64,000 nucleotides of DNA, from positions 1 through 64,000 of the IMG/VR virus record IMGVR_UViG_3300045977_000336; one strand, 5' to 3'. This stretch comes from a virus. The notes beneath the pieces were generated by a model that did no database searches, had not been told where the DNA came from, and saw only the letters and a program-made list of their open reading frames with translations. Made by a program: the position numbers and the translations under genes. Positions 18,896-28,886 of this stretch are shown here, in pieces. Numbering within the stretch: the stretch's first letter is position 1; each line of letters starts with the position of its first letter.

Positions 18896-20254
18896 CTACG
18901 AGAATTTGATGTGATGTGCGCCGGCCGTGTGTACCGCGGTGCTGCGCGTGCCGCGCGCGGCGACCGCGATGCGGAATGAAGCCACCATCACCAACTGCCG
19001 CTTCTGGATCAAGCGGTCCACTTCGATCATGAGTTGACGCCGGAAGCCCACGCGCCATGACGGGCGATGAAAGACGGCCATGGACCCGTAGACGTCATTA
19101 GTCGCGGGCGTGGTCGTCGTGTACTTGCCGTCCGTGTCCACCAGGCTCAGCGCGCCGCTGACCAGCACGGGCACGTTGGCATACTTCGCCAGCTCGCCCG
19201 TCAGTACCGTCGCGTTCGGCCCGAACTTATCGAGCGTCGCGACGTTGGTCAGGCCCAGCATGGCGATGTACGTCAGCGCATCGACGGCGATGCCGAGGTT
19301 GCTCGTGTCAGCCGCATACTTGCCCGTGCGCCCGATCGCGGCCAGCACCAGCGCATCGGTCAAGGTCGTATTGAGCGCGACGCTTTGCGCCGTGTTGTCC
19401 ACGAGAAACAGGTGGCGAATGCCGTCTTGCCCGGCCGAGAGGAAGTACGAATCGTTGGCGGGGTTGGCGTCGTCGCTGTTGATGTTGCCCGTCGCGGCGT
19501 CGGTCGCGTCGGCGTTCATGATGAAGCGATCGATCTGCTCGGCCCCGTCGCGCGTGATCTCCTGGCGCAGCGACGGCAGCACGGCAATGATTGAATCCTC
19601 ATCGAGGTCATACGCCCAGTCAGCCTCATACACTTGCTCGGTACTCGTCAGCGTGCTCTTGGCCGTGGTCGCATCCTGCGCGGTGATGGCGGTGTTCGCC
19701 CCGCCCTTGCGCCACGCGCCAGTTGCCCAGCCCAGCGGGATGTCGAACGGGTCGGTCGGCATATTGATCGCCGGGATCGACCCGCCGATCTTCGCGGCCA
19801 GGAACATGTCCTGCCACAGCTCCGCCGCCATGCCGGTCGGCACGTACTCGTCGCCTGATCCGGCCGTGGTCGAGTCGAGGGCTTTGGTTAAGCCGATCGC
19901 GTTCTTCAATTCAGGCGACGGCGGCCTGACGCGCTCGCCGCCCACCTGCTGGGCGCGGCTCAACAGCCAGTGCGTGAAGATCAGATCATCCACGCGCGCG
20001 CCGTCGAACTTGCCGCCCTGCACCTCGCCCTTCGAACGCACGCGGAAGCCGGGCGGGCCGATCAACTCGCCCTTGCGGCGCGGGCGGTTGGCCTCCGCGT
20101 CGTCGAGGCGCTTCTGCACCTGCTGATCCACCAATCCGCTGACGGTCTGCGCCAGCCGGTCATAGTCAATCGTGGCCTTATCGCTTCCATGCTCCTTGAC
20201 CACGGCGGCGAGTTGCGCAATCTCGCCACGGATGTCTGCTAACTGGTCACTCAT
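18896..20254 (-). CDS. Major capsid protein (HK97 fold)
   Basis: Start MSDQL after AAGGAGG; ALDSTTAGSGDEYVPT, DLDEDS motifs. Confidence 0.92.
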   Translation of the reverse strand: MSDQLADIRGEIAQLAAVVKEHGSDKATIDYDRLAQTVSGLVDQQVQKRLDDAEANRPRRKGELIGPPGFRVRSKGEVQGGKFDGARVDDLIFTHWLLSRAQQVGGERVRPPSPELKNAIGLTKALDSTTAGSGDEYVPTGMAAELWQDMFLAAKIGGSIPAINMPTDPFDIPLGWATGAWRKGGANTAITAQDATTAKSTLTSTEQVYEADWAYDLDEDSIIAVLPSLRQEITRDGAEQIDRFIMNADATDAATGNINSDDANPANDSYFLSAGQDGIRHLFLVDNTAQSVALNTTLTDALVLAAIGRTGKYAADTSNLGIAVDALTYIAMLGLTNVATLDKFGPNATVLTGELAKYANVPVLVSGALSLVDTDGKYTTTTPATNDVYGSMAVFHRPSWRVGFRRQLMIEVDRLIQKRQLVMVASFRIAVAARGTRSTAVHTAGAHHIKFS

Positions 20255-22337
20255 GTTGGATAACCTCCTTAACGGTCGCCATGAGAGTGCGTAACTCGCC
20301 GACGAGCACGCGCTCGTCTTCGTCGCTGAGATGTTGATCGCCGCTAAGTTCATCTGCGGCTTCGTTCAAAGCCCGCGCGAAGTCACGCAGCGCGGCGGCT
20401 TTTTCAAACTGGGCTTGATGACGGTTGAGGTGTGCTTCGACACCGGCCCGATCGCCTTCGGGAATGTCGCTTTGCGGCAGGCGCGCCTTCGCATTGTTCA
20501 CGCCGCGCAGCACCACGCGCCCGTCGTTCAGGTGATGCGGCAACTTATAGGAAGACTTCGCATCCGGATCGCCGTCGCCGTCCACCCAGGCATGGATCTT
20601 GCGCAGCGCGCCGCGCTCGCTGGGGCACTCGCGCAGCACCTCACCCGCGTCCCATGCCGTATCCGGATCGGCCTTCGGTGTGGTGTGGGAAGGAATCGCG
20701 CCCTTGATGACGATGCCCGGCTCGACGGCGCTGACTTCAAGCAGCGTTTCATCCTTCACGGCATCACTGAATGGCACATTGAACACGCCGCTCGCGGGGA
20801 TGACTTCAAACGTGCCCTGGCAGTTCGGGCAGCGATACATCCCCCAGCTCAGCGCCGGGATCGACGTACCGCACTCGAACGGGCACGCCACGCGCACGAA
20901 CGGGAGCGGGTCCGCCGCCGCGCCGCGCATCAAATCCAGCGCATGCTGATCGAGCACCAGGCCGTCGTTAGCGTTTGCTTCCCTTCTCCCCTTCTCCTCT
21001 TCCTCCTCCTCTTGTTCCTGCACCTCCGCCAGCACCTCGTTCAAGTGATCGCGCGCCGCCTCGATCTTGCGCTCGTTCTTCTTGCTCAACACGCGGCCCG
21101 CCTTCACCTCGATCGGTTTGCTGTGCCGGTGCCAGCGCTTTGTCAGATGCAGCGCGCGCTCGAACACCTTATCCGTGAGAATGTCCACCGGCAGCAATTG
21201 TTCAAACGTCGCCACGTTGCCCGCCGCCTTTGTCCCGCCGGTGGCATTCGGCGCATCGTCCTGCGGCAGCGAGTCGAACACCTCGCCCAACGCTTTGACC
21301 TCCCACAGGTCGTGCGCGACCAGCGTCTCGTCGGCCTCGTCGCGCCGCTCGATGGCGTGTACCTGATCGCCTCTGGCGAGTTGCAAGGGCGGCAAAAACA
21401 CCACGCGCTTGAACTTGACGGTGGTGCCGCGATCGGGGTGCGGCTGCTCGTTGCACTCGCCCAGTTCCATATCCATCACCAGCACCGTCGCATCCTCAGG
21501 CACGTCCACCGTGCGTGTCGTGAAAGCCGCGTAATGGTGGCGCGCCTGGTCGGTTTCCACCACAATTCGCCGCAGCCACGCCTTCGGCTCGACTGGCGCT
21601 TCGGCTTCATCGTCGAGTGACTCGGCTTCCTGCAACGTCGCTTCACCGTCGCGTACCTGGCACTCGGCGCAGCGCAGCATCAGTGGATCCATCAGGCTCA
21701 TGGCGTACAACGTCGCGCTGACCGGCAGTTCGCGCCCGCAAGCCGTGCAGGCCGCTTTAATGACCCTCACACCCTCCGGATCGTCGATGCTCTTCACCGC
21801 CAGCCGCAGCGCTTCCTGATTCGCCGGCACAGGCACCAGCGAGAATTCAAGCAAATCCCAGTCGGTAAAGTCGTGGCCGCCGACGTTGTTCTGCTTGGCC
21901 TCAAGTGGCTGAAAACCGATTGAAGCCGCCTTGATCCAGCCGCCGTTCCACAACAAGAGCACAATCGTTTGGGGATCGAATTCATTGGCCGCCGGCCGCA
22001 ATTCAAAATCGGCAACCAATCCTTCCGGCGAGCGCGTCAGTGTGAGGGTGCGCCCGATCGTGGCGAACGGATCGCGGTAGTTGTGGGCCCATTGCACCAC
22101 GGGATTCTTGAGGTAGTTTTCGACGCGCGCCCCGGCCGGGAGCACCCGATCACGCTGGCGATCGACCGCGCCCGTGTTGATCAAAATGCGCCCACCGTTC
22201 TCTTGCCGGTCCAGCACCTTGACGGTGAAGACCTTGTGCACAACGCTGGGCGGCGCGCCACTGGGTGGCGCATTCATCGGAGTGGCCCTTTCGCCCTCGG
22301 CAGATTTCTTTTGATCCTGGCGCGTCTTGTTTCGCAT
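20247..22337 (-). CDS. HK97-type prohead protease with long multi-domain extension
   Basis: VDRQRD, NPVVQWAH, ASIGF, LLEFSLVPVPAN; then CxxC pairs, GRVLSKKNE and an SSYKLPHH domain. Confidence 0.9.
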   Translation of the reverse strand: MRNKTRQDQKKSAEGERATPMNAPPSGAPPSVVHKVFTVKVLDRQENGGRILINTGAVDRQRDRVLPAGARVENYLKNPVVQWAHNYRDPFATIGRTLTLTRSPEGLVADFELRPAANEFDPQTIVLLLWNGGWIKAASIGFQPLEAKQNNVGGHDFTDWDLLEFSLVPVPANQEALRLAVKSIDDPEGVRVIKAACTACGRELPVSATLYAMSLMDPLMLRCAECQVRDGEATLQEAESLDDEAEAPVEPKAWLRRIVVETDQARHHYAAFTTRTVDVPEDATVLVMDMELGECNEQPHPDRGTTVKFKRVVFLPPLQLARGDQVHAIERRDEADETLVAHDLWEVKALGEVFDSLPQDDAPNATGGTKAAGNVATFEQLLPVDILTDKVFERALHLTKRWHRHSKPIEVKAGRVLSKKNERKIEAARDHLNEVLAEVQEQEEEEEEKGRREANANDGLVLDQHALDLMRGAAADPLPFVRVACPFECGTSIPALSWGMYRCPNCQGTFEVIPASGVFNVPFSDAVKDETLLEVSAVEPGIVIKGAIPSHTTPKADPDTAWDAGEVLRECPSERGALRKIHAWVDGDGDPDAKSSYKLPHHLNDGRVVLRGVNNAKARLPQSDIPEGDRAGVEAHLNRHQAQFEKAAALRDFARALNEAADELSGDQHLSDEDERVLVGELRTLMATVKEVIQHE

Positions 22338-22372
22338 CTTCGCCTCCTACAGATCCTTCCAGGCCATAAACG

Positions 22373-22408
22373 CAAAAAGCCCACAGCGGCTTGACCGCTA
22401 TGGGCTTT
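22373..22408 (-). terminator. Intrinsic terminator in leader of capsid operon
   Basis: AAAGCCCATAGCGG-TCAAG-CCGCTGTGGGCTTTTT on minus strand. Confidence 0.7.
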
Positions 22409-22527
22409 GAATGAACAGCTATTTTCCGCTTGCGCTGGACGCGCTCTATAAGGCGCTTCAGGTAGGGTGCCTCGTCCAGCGGCTAACGGTTATCTCACAT
22501 TCTCAACTCTTACTCCCTACGCTCACC

Positions 22528-22557
22528 ATCTTACACCAAATTGTGTACCAGTGTCAA
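22528..22557 (-). promoter_or_regulatory. Sigma70-type promoter upstream of protease/capsid genes
   Basis: TTGACA-N18-TAAGAT. Confidence 0.6.
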
Positions 22558-22566
22558 TATGACTCA

Positions 22567-23154
22567 CTATTCATACGTCGACCACCACACAATACACTGC
22601 ACCGCCGCCTTGAACGGCCCGGCTGAGTCCAGCGGGTGAGTATAGTACACCAGCGTCAACGTCTCCCCGGCGTCCAGCTGCACGTAATCCGGCGCAAAGT
22701 CAAACACCTGCGCCACCGGCGCACTCGGCTCGGCATAATGATCCCATTGCAACTTCGCCACGATCGCCCCGTCGCGCGTGCGCAGCACCGTCGCATCGCC
22801 GTCGCCCAGGGCGCCGTGGTACATCCCCATCCACAGGTACGCCTTGCGGATGCGCAGCGGCGTGCCGAGCGTATTCGTAAACACCAGCGTGCGCACCTCG
22901 CCGTCCGCCGTATATTCCCGCGTGTCAAACACCACGCTGCCGGTCAGGTCGCCGCCGGTCAGGTCCGCGCCGGCCCGCCCGCCGTCACTCTCGGCGGCCG
23001 TTCGTTGGGCCATCCCGAGCGCCGCTAAAACGACGCTTAACATGATGATGAGCAAACCCACCAAAATAAGGAAAAATACAATTTCAGCCGGCCATTGCGT
23101 GAGCCGCTTCGACCCACTCCGTAGTTGCGAATTCATTCGCCATCTCCTGACCAA
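22567..23154 (-). CDS. Membrane-anchored hypothetical protein
   Basis: One N-terminal TM, then a beta-rich domain; start uncertain. Confidence 0.65.
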   Translation of the reverse strand: MVRRWRMNSQLRSGSKRLTQWPAEIVFFLILVGLLIIMLSVVLAALGMAQRTAAESDGGRAGADLTGGDLTGSVVFDTREYTADGEVRTLVFTNTLGTPLRIRKAYLWMGMYHGALGDGDATVLRTRDGAIVAKLQWDHYAEPSAPVAQVFDFAPDYVQLDAGETLTLVYYTHPLDSAGPFKAAVQCIVWWSTYE

Positions 23155-23209
23155 TCTCCCCGCTGACTAACCTACCAACTTACTAATTTACCAATTACCA
23201 ACCTCCCCC

Positions 23210-23425
23210 TCACTTCGGCAGCCACCGCGCCTGCGGACGCTCGTAATTGATCCAATTGCTCCCATTATAGAACGCAATCAAAATTCCGGGCCGGTGCTCG
23301 CCTTCGACCGCCCGCATGTAATTCAAGATCGCCTGCTCATCGGCGCGCAGGGCTTCCCCGGTATTTACCTGGGTGAGCACACCCGCGCGCGACAGCCCGC
23401 TGCCGTTCTCTGCTGGTTTACCCAT
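23210..23425 (-). CDS. Small hypothetical protein
   Basis: Start MGKPAEN just after the M23 gene stop. Confidence 0.5.
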   Translation of the reverse strand: MGKPAENGSGLSRAGVLTQVNTGEALRADEQAILNYMRAVEGEHRPGILIAFYNGSNWINYERPQARWLPK

Positions 23426-23433
23426 CGTCTGCC

Positions 23434-24015
23434 TCACGCTTTCCTCAACACGCTCTCCGGATCGATCACGCCGTCTGGCCAAAAGGCCGAACAATCCTTG
23501 CAGCGCACGTAACCCTTCAACCCGGCCACGGCGTCGTGCACGCTCCAGTGCAAGTGAATGGCTTCCGTGCCCGTGCGGCCTGCGACGCCCAGCGGCGTGC
23601 CGCGTTTGACGATCGCGCCGGGCACGACGAAGATTTGAGACAGGTGCGCGTACAGCGTGCGCCAACGATCGGCTTCTGCGCCCCACGGATGCTTGAGCAC
23701 GACGTGCAAGCCATACGACGGCGAATCGCCGCGCTGGCACACGTACTCGACCACGCCGTCTTGCGCGGCGACGACGATCGCGTTGGTGCCCGTCGTGTTG
23801 TCGAAGGCGTCGCCGTCTGCGCCTTCGTGCTTGCCGTTGGCATAGTTGCGCGGCGCGTTGAACTTGCCGCCGTCCGTGATGCGCGGCGCTTCGTGCGACT
23901 GAATCGGCCACGCCACCCAGAACGGCTCAGGCGGTTCGGGCAGCGGCACTTCGACGGGCACGGGCGTGAACGTGAACGAACCTTCATGAATGGACAAGGC
24001 ATAGAGTTGCGGCAT
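23434..24015 (-). CDS. M23 family metallo-endopeptidase (lysin candidate)
   Basis: HEGAD (HxxxD), YAHL, HLH motifs. Confidence 0.92.
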   Translation of the reverse strand: MPQLYALSIHEGSFTFTPVPVEVPLPEPPEPFWVAWPIQSHEAPRITDGGKFNAPRNYANGKHEGADGDAFDNTTGTNAIVVAAQDGVVEYVCQRGDSPSYGLHVVLKHPWGAEADRWRTLYAHLSQIFVVPGAIVKRGTPLGVAGRTGTEAIHLHWSVHDAVAGLKGYVRCKDCSAFWPDGVIDPESVLRKA

Positions 24016-24026
24016 AGTGGACTCCT

Positions 24027-26051
24027 TTACGTCGCGATGATGCGGATCGACGTGTTAGCCGGATGCGTGCCGGGTTGCGGCGTCACCGTCACACGCGCGG
24101 CGGCTGAGGCGGGCACGACGCTGTGCTGAAACGTATAAGTCACAGGCGGCTGCGCGGCGGCGAAGCGCGTCTCGATCGACGTGTTGGCTGTCAGGTTGAA
24201 CTGGTAATCTTTGTCACGGCTGATCAACGCGCCCGTGGCTTTGTTGTAGTGCCCGTCGAACACGAGGTCGGGCGGCGGCAGCGTCGGCACGTAGTCTTTC
24301 AGGCCGCGCGGAATGTCCTGCCGTGTGACCCATTCCTCCCCGCTGCTGGCGAAGGCGTCGCCTTGCAGCGTGAAAAAGAACACGCCTGCCACATACGGTT
24401 CGAGCGTCGTGGCATACTGCCCATAGAGCAACCCCACCTCGCGCGGCGTGCACGTGTAGAACTTGAGCGACGCTTCGGTGATCCAAATCTTTTGCGTGCC
24501 CGTCAGGCGCGGCTGAAAGCGCCGATAGTAGCGCAGTTCGTCGTTGTTATCGACGTGCTCCAGCTTGCTGCCGTAGGCGTGCGCGCCGATGCCGTCGCAG
24601 GCGGCATACACGCCGCCGCTGGCAAAGGCGTCATCCCACGTCGGCGTGGTGGCGTTGGGCGACAAGCCCGGCGAGATGATCTTCAACGCCGGATGATTCT
24701 GGCGCAGGATTTGAATGACGGACTTCGACCACGTGACGAAGGTACTGACACCCCACTTCCATTCGTCGCTGAGGTTGACTTCGTTCAAAAATTCCAGCCA
24801 GAAGATTTGATCGGCCAGCATTTCCAGCACGGGCGTGCGGCAGACTTGATTATAGAAATCCTGCGCGGTCGGCAGTGTGCTGATATTGCCGACGTCCCAG
24901 TACAAGCGGTTAATGCAATTGGCCGCAGGCACGCCGAGGTTGACCAGCGCGCCGTGATTGTTCCGCGCATCCGACGTGAGGAACTTGTAGCCGTTCAAGC
25001 GCGGCATGGCGAGTTGAATCGTCGCTTTATCGAGCGCGGTGAGATCCCCGCCGTTCGAACGTGAATTGACCCCAATGATCTGCGCCACGGATTGGCCTCC
25101 TGTGCGTTGAATTTCGCTCGCCACCTGTGCGTAAGCGGTCACGGCATCGGACGTGAAATCACTCTCGGCCCCTTCGCTCAATTGGAACGCGCTCGCCCAT
25201 AACACATAGTCATCCCTGACGATCTCTTGCCCGTACCATTGCGCGTCAGCCATTTGCGCAGGCACGTCGCCGGTCGCTTCAAAGCCGTTGCCCCACCAGA
25301 ATTCGCTGAGCACGAACGGCACGCGGCAGTCAACGGGCAGCGCGGCGTAGATCTCGCGGTAATACAGCGCGCCGCTGCTGGGGCTAGTGCGCAGCGCGCC
25401 TTCGATGCCGTAGGCGTGGCAGTCGAAGATATCGCCATGTTTCTTGGCCGCTTGCAGCATCGGGTACAGGTGTGGCAGCACGTCGAGTTTCGGCCCGCCC
25501 GACGCGAAAGACCCAATACACAGCCGCGCGCCGTGCTCATGCGCAATATCCTGCGCGCGGCACGTCCACGCATTCATCCAATCGGCCTTAGCGAAGCGAT
25601 CGTCGCCTTCTCCCAGGTCCCATTCGTTGTACGGCGCATACCACGTCTCTTGCGACAGCAGCCAGTATTCGGTCAGATTGAGATTCGCGCCTCGCGCCGT
25701 GTACGGAATATGCAGCTGTTGCAAGACGCGCTCAAGCAGTAGCCGGGCGCGCTCGCTTAAATTCTGAGGTTTGTCCAGCGGCACGAAGATGCGCTTCTCC
25801 AGCAGCTCGTAATTGGCCGACGCGATCGGGTCCTCCTTCTCAAAATACCGATCGACTCCGCACGCGTCGGGCAGGCGACCCCACACATCGTTCTGAATGC
25901 GCAGCACCGTCAGCACGTTGGGATACAGTTCGCGCACGCGCTGATTGAGGCAGTACAACCCGGTCGGCTGCGCCTCGTTGACGAAGTCGCCGAGGCCGGT
26001 CGGCTTCAATCCGATCATGAACGACAGCGGGCTGGTCATCGAGATGGACAC
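24027..26051 (-). CDS. Tandem clan GH-A-like glycoside hydrolase
   Basis: Two motif sets: YNE..CHAY..LSEF and LNE..AHAY..ITEA. Confidence 0.7.
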   Translation of the reverse strand: MSISMTSPLSFMIGLKPTGLGDFVNEAQPTGLYCLNQRVRELYPNVLTVLRIQNDVWGRLPDACGVDRYFEKEDPIASANYELLEKRIFVPLDKPQNLSERARLLLERVLQQLHIPYTARGANLNLTEYWLLSQETWYAPYNEWDLGEGDDRFAKADWMNAWTCRAQDIAHEHGARLCIGSFASGGPKLDVLPHLYPMLQAAKKHGDIFDCHAYGIEGALRTSPSSGALYYREIYAALPVDCRVPFVLSEFWWGNGFEATGDVPAQMADAQWYGQEIVRDDYVLWASAFQLSEGAESDFTSDAVTAYAQVASEIQRTGGQSVAQIIGVNSRSNGGDLTALDKATIQLAMPRLNGYKFLTSDARNNHGALVNLGVPAANCINRLYWDVGNISTLPTAQDFYNQVCRTPVLEMLADQIFWLEFLNEVNLSDEWKWGVSTFVTWSKSVIQILRQNHPALKIISPGLSPNATTPTWDDAFASGGVYAACDGIGAHAYGSKLEHVDNNDELRYYRRFQPRLTGTQKIWITEASLKFYTCTPREVGLLYGQYATTLEPYVAGVFFFTLQGDAFASSGEEWVTRQDIPRGLKDYVPTLPPPDLVFDGHYNKATGALISRDKDYQFNLTANTSIETRFAAAQPPVTYTFQHSVVPASAAARVTVTPQPGTHPANTSIRIIAT

Positions 26052-26070
26052 CTGTTGCGAGCAGTGCTCG

Positions 26071-26415
26071 TCAAATACTAGAGGGCGGCGGCGGCGCAGG
26101 CAATGTTTCAGGCGCTTCGTCCGCCACTGGCGTCTCGGCCGCCACTGGCGCCGCCTCCGTCTTCAGCAGCCAGCCGTTGATCTTCCGCCCCTTGTGTTCG
26201 ACCTCAACAAAAATCCATGCGTCTGCTTCGCTCAATTGCAGCAGTTCTGCGCCGGCCGCAAGATGCTCCAGGACGCGTGCATACTGCGCCGGCGTGACGC
26301 GCAGCCTCGCATCCGGCGCGCTGACCCGCCATTTGCCCCTCGTGGAATGAATGTTATGAATGGCCTCCTGTTTCGATTTGCGCGGCTGGTGCGTTGAGTT
26401 GCCCGTGCGAGACAT
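26071..26415 (-). CDS. Bacterial SH3-like domain protein (start uncertain)
   Basis: ARLRVTP...W.FVEV...GW motif with Pro-rich tail. Confidence 0.65.
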   Translation of the reverse strand: MSRTGNSTHQPRKSKQEAIHNIHSTRGKWRVSAPDARLRVTPAQYARVLEHLAAGAELLQLSEADAWIFVEVEHKGRKINGWLLKTEAAPVAAETPVADEAPETLPAPPPPSSI

Positions 26416-26590
26416 ACGCGCCGCGCCTGACGTTTTCAAAACACGCCTCGCACAACGATACAACGTGGCTAACGTCAATGACGCTCTCAAGCGTGATGCC
26501 GATCTTGACCGTAAAGACGAACTCGCGCGTGGCAGGATTGAGACATTGCTGCCCGTCTCTTTGCACAGCGCATTGCTTGACCGCATTCAT
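26354..26590 (-). CDS. Small Cys-containing (Zn-finger-like) protein
   Basis: C-x7-C ... LCEAC. Confidence 0.5.
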   Translation of the reverse strand: MNAVKQCAVQRDGQQCLNPATREFVFTVKIGITLESVIDVSHVVSLCEACFENVRRGAYVSHGQLNAPAAQIETGGHS

Positions 26591-26629
26591 CTTGGCTTCC
26601 CTTCTCGCGAAGCGTGTCCCGCAGGGACA

Positions 26630-26722
26630 CGTCACCCTGTCACGCGAAGCGTGTCACACTGTCACATTGTCATCCCTTCACCTTGTCACCCCGTCACCCC
26701 GTCACCCCGTCACCCTGTCATC
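26630..26722. repeat. GTCACCNN octamer tandem repeat
   Basis: ...ttgtcaccccgtcaccccgtcaccccgtcaccctgtcatc. Confidence 0.85.
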
Positions 26723-27082
26723 AACCTCGCGCAGGTAAATAACGTGCGACCAGAAAATCAAGCGTCCCTCCTCGCACGGCTCGCGCGGCGTGGACCAGCG
26801 GTAATCGCGCGTCCGCACGCGGGCAATAAACGAAGTGCGATCGGCGCGCTGGCAAATATACTGCGCATCGGGCAGCGCCTTCCCCGGCTCGTGGCGCAAC
26901 CGGTCGGAACGTTTGACCACCAGATCGGCCGATTCGCGCGCCACCAGGTCGAACACGCTCAAGCGCAGCATGGCCTCGCACGACGGGTAACGAAACAATT
27001 CGCGCAGCGCATCGTTGACACGCCGCACAGTGATGCCGTCGTGCAAAAGAACGGCTTGACCGATCGTGTCGAACATGCGCAC
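26702..27082 (-). CDS. Stand-alone PAS-domain protein
   Basis: MFDTIGQAVLLHD..VNDALRELFRY..SVFDLV..RADRTSF PAS pattern. Confidence 0.75.
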   Translation of the reverse strand: MRMFDTIGQAVLLHDGITVRRVNDALRELFRYPSCEAMLRLSVFDLVARESADLVVKRSDRLRHEPGKALPDAQYICQRADRTSFIARVRTRDYRWSTPREPCEEGRLIFWSHVIYLREVDDRVTG

Positions 27083-27100
27083 GGCGAACCGTCCTTGAAA

Positions 27101-28585
27101 TCACGCTGTCCCTTTCTGCGCATCGTCGGGCGCGTCATCGGAAGCGGCGGGCGGCAAGTCGATGACACCCTGTCCGCCACGGTAATGCGCCAACACGTCG
27201 GCCACCACGGCGATCGCGCTCACAAATTCGGCGAATTGAATCTTCTGCGCCGTAACAGGATTGGTCGTCTCGCCGATCAACAGTTGCATGGCTTGTGCTT
27301 GCGATGGAGTTAGCGCGGGTGCGTCTTTATCTTGCGGCGCAGGCATGCCCGCGCCGCCGACCGGCACCAGGTTCGCCGGTGCCCACCAGACATCTCCCCA
27401 CGGTTGTTTTTTCAACCCGTGATTTTCGTTGTATTCGTTGATCGTCACGTGGCCGCCCGCGATGCGTTCCTTGTCGCGCTTCCATTCCGCATCAGCCGCC
27501 TCTTGCAGTTCGGCCACACCGCTGTAGTCGGTGAAGAGCTCCTCGTTGTCGGCCAGCAAACCGAGCCGCCGAAAGTCCTTGGTCAGTTTGCCGTCGCGAA
27601 AGCCCAGTAGCGGCTTGATCGTCAGCGAATACAAAGCCACGATCGCGGCCGTGCGCTTCACCTCGTTGTCGTAGGTATCGTTGCCGAAGCCCGCCAAAAT
27701 ATCAGGCACGCCCAATCCGCCCGCGATCTCGTCCCGTGAGAACTTGCGTAGCTCCAGTTCGCCCAGGTCCTTCGGTCGAAACGACAAGATCTTGATGTCC
27801 GTAATACCTTCTTCCAGCGCGATGACCTTGCCCGCGTTCTGAACACCGCCATGCTTCTGGTAAATCTTCTTCTCGATGTCTTCGCGCTCGCCGCGCGTCG
27901 TGCCCTGCGGGGCCACCACGGCGTAGTCCGGGCGCGCATTGTTCACAAATAGAAATTTTTCCCAGGCCTGCGCGAAGACGTCGATCGCAATCGACATGCG
28001 CAGCGCCAGCAGCGGGCCGACGCCCCGCCACGGGTTGCGCGGATTGAAGAACTTATAATGCATGAACTCGTCCGGGTTCAGTGAGTACGGCTCGCCTTGC
28101 TTGTCGTCGATCTCATAATGATCCACCACGTAGTATCGCTTCAACTTGGGATCCGGCATCACACCGAAAACGTGCGGCTGGCGCGGCCAGATCTCGCCGA
28201 TGCGCCCGTGTCCGTTGTGGACCAGTTCCCAACCCTCCTCGCCGCCCAGCAGCATATCGGTGCACCACCAGCGCCACAGTTCTGCCGCCGAGTGCTGCTC
28301 GTTGGGATTATTGAGCAGTTTCAGCGCATCATGCTTATCGATGCGTTGAGCGCCGCGCTGCACGTACAATGGCAGCGGCGCGGCATTGTCGCAAATGATC
28401 TTCACGCCCTTCATCACCCACACGTGATTCTCATTGGCCACCAGCGCATCGAGGTACGAATACGGCGCCAGCATCTGGGCATCCGAGCGCACCGACATCA
28501 AGTGCTCGCGCGTCGTCGTCTCAGGATGCTGCGCCGCCAGGTCTTTACCCCGTGCCCGCGCCGAAATGCGTTGAAAAATATTCAC
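27101..28585 (-). CDS. Portal protein (HK97 family)
   Basis: LLNNPN, FFNPRNPWRGVGPL, IAGGLGVP, TINEY motifs. Confidence 0.95.
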   Translation of the reverse strand: MNIFQRISARARGKDLAAQHPETTTREHLMSVRSDAQMLAPYSYLDALVANENHVWVMKGVKIICDNAAPLPLYVQRGAQRIDKHDALKLLNNPNEQHSAAELWRWWCTDMLLGGEEGWELVHNGHGRIGEIWPRQPHVFGVMPDPKLKRYYVVDHYEIDDKQGEPYSLNPDEFMHYKFFNPRNPWRGVGPLLALRMSIAIDVFAQAWEKFLFVNNARPDYAVVAPQGTTRGEREDIEKKIYQKHGGVQNAGKVIALEEGITDIKILSFRPKDLGELELRKFSRDEIAGGLGVPDILAGFGNDTYDNEVKRTAAIVALYSLTIKPLLGFRDGKLTKDFRRLGLLADNEELFTDYSGVAELQEAADAEWKRDKERIAGGHVTINEYNENHGLKKQPWGDVWWAPANLVPVGGAGMPAPQDKDAPALTPSQAQAMQLLIGETTNPVTAQKIQFAEFVSAIAVVADVLAHYRGGQGVIDLPPAASDDAPDDAQKGTA

Positions 28586-28643
28586 GTCGCACCGTCCTTA
28601 ATTACCAATCCCTAATCCGCGAAGCGTCTCCCAACCTCTCTCT

Positions 28644-28886
28644 TCACCCATCGATGAGCCTCCGCCCATCCTGAAACCCCTCACGCGCCGCAATGACCAT
28701 ACGCCGTCCCACGGCAAACAAAACGCCCACGGCGAAAGCCAGCACGATCGGCGCGAGCACCAGCGCGATCAAAATCGCCTCGCGCGCGATGATGCCGGCG
28801 CGCAGCAGGGCACGCCTGGCCAGCGGCAGCCATCGCACGCGCAGCAGCGCCATGCTTTGACGCATCATGGCAGCCTCGCCACCCAC
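28644..28886 (-). CDS. Small membrane protein
   Basis: Hydrophobic segment; coupled to methyltransferase gene. Confidence 0.5.
   Translation of the reverse strand: MGGEAAMMRQSMALLRVRWLPLARRALLRAGIIAREAILIALVLAPIVLAFAVGVLFAVGRRMVIAAREGFQDGRRLIDG

Noticed and set aside
22533-22550. GGTACACAAT box as a canonical SOS box
   Set aside because: It does not fit GAAC-N4-GTTC or GTAC-N4-GTWC symmetry.
26630-26722. CRISPR array from the tandem repeats
   Set aside because: Units are 7-8 nt with no spacers, and no cas genes are present.
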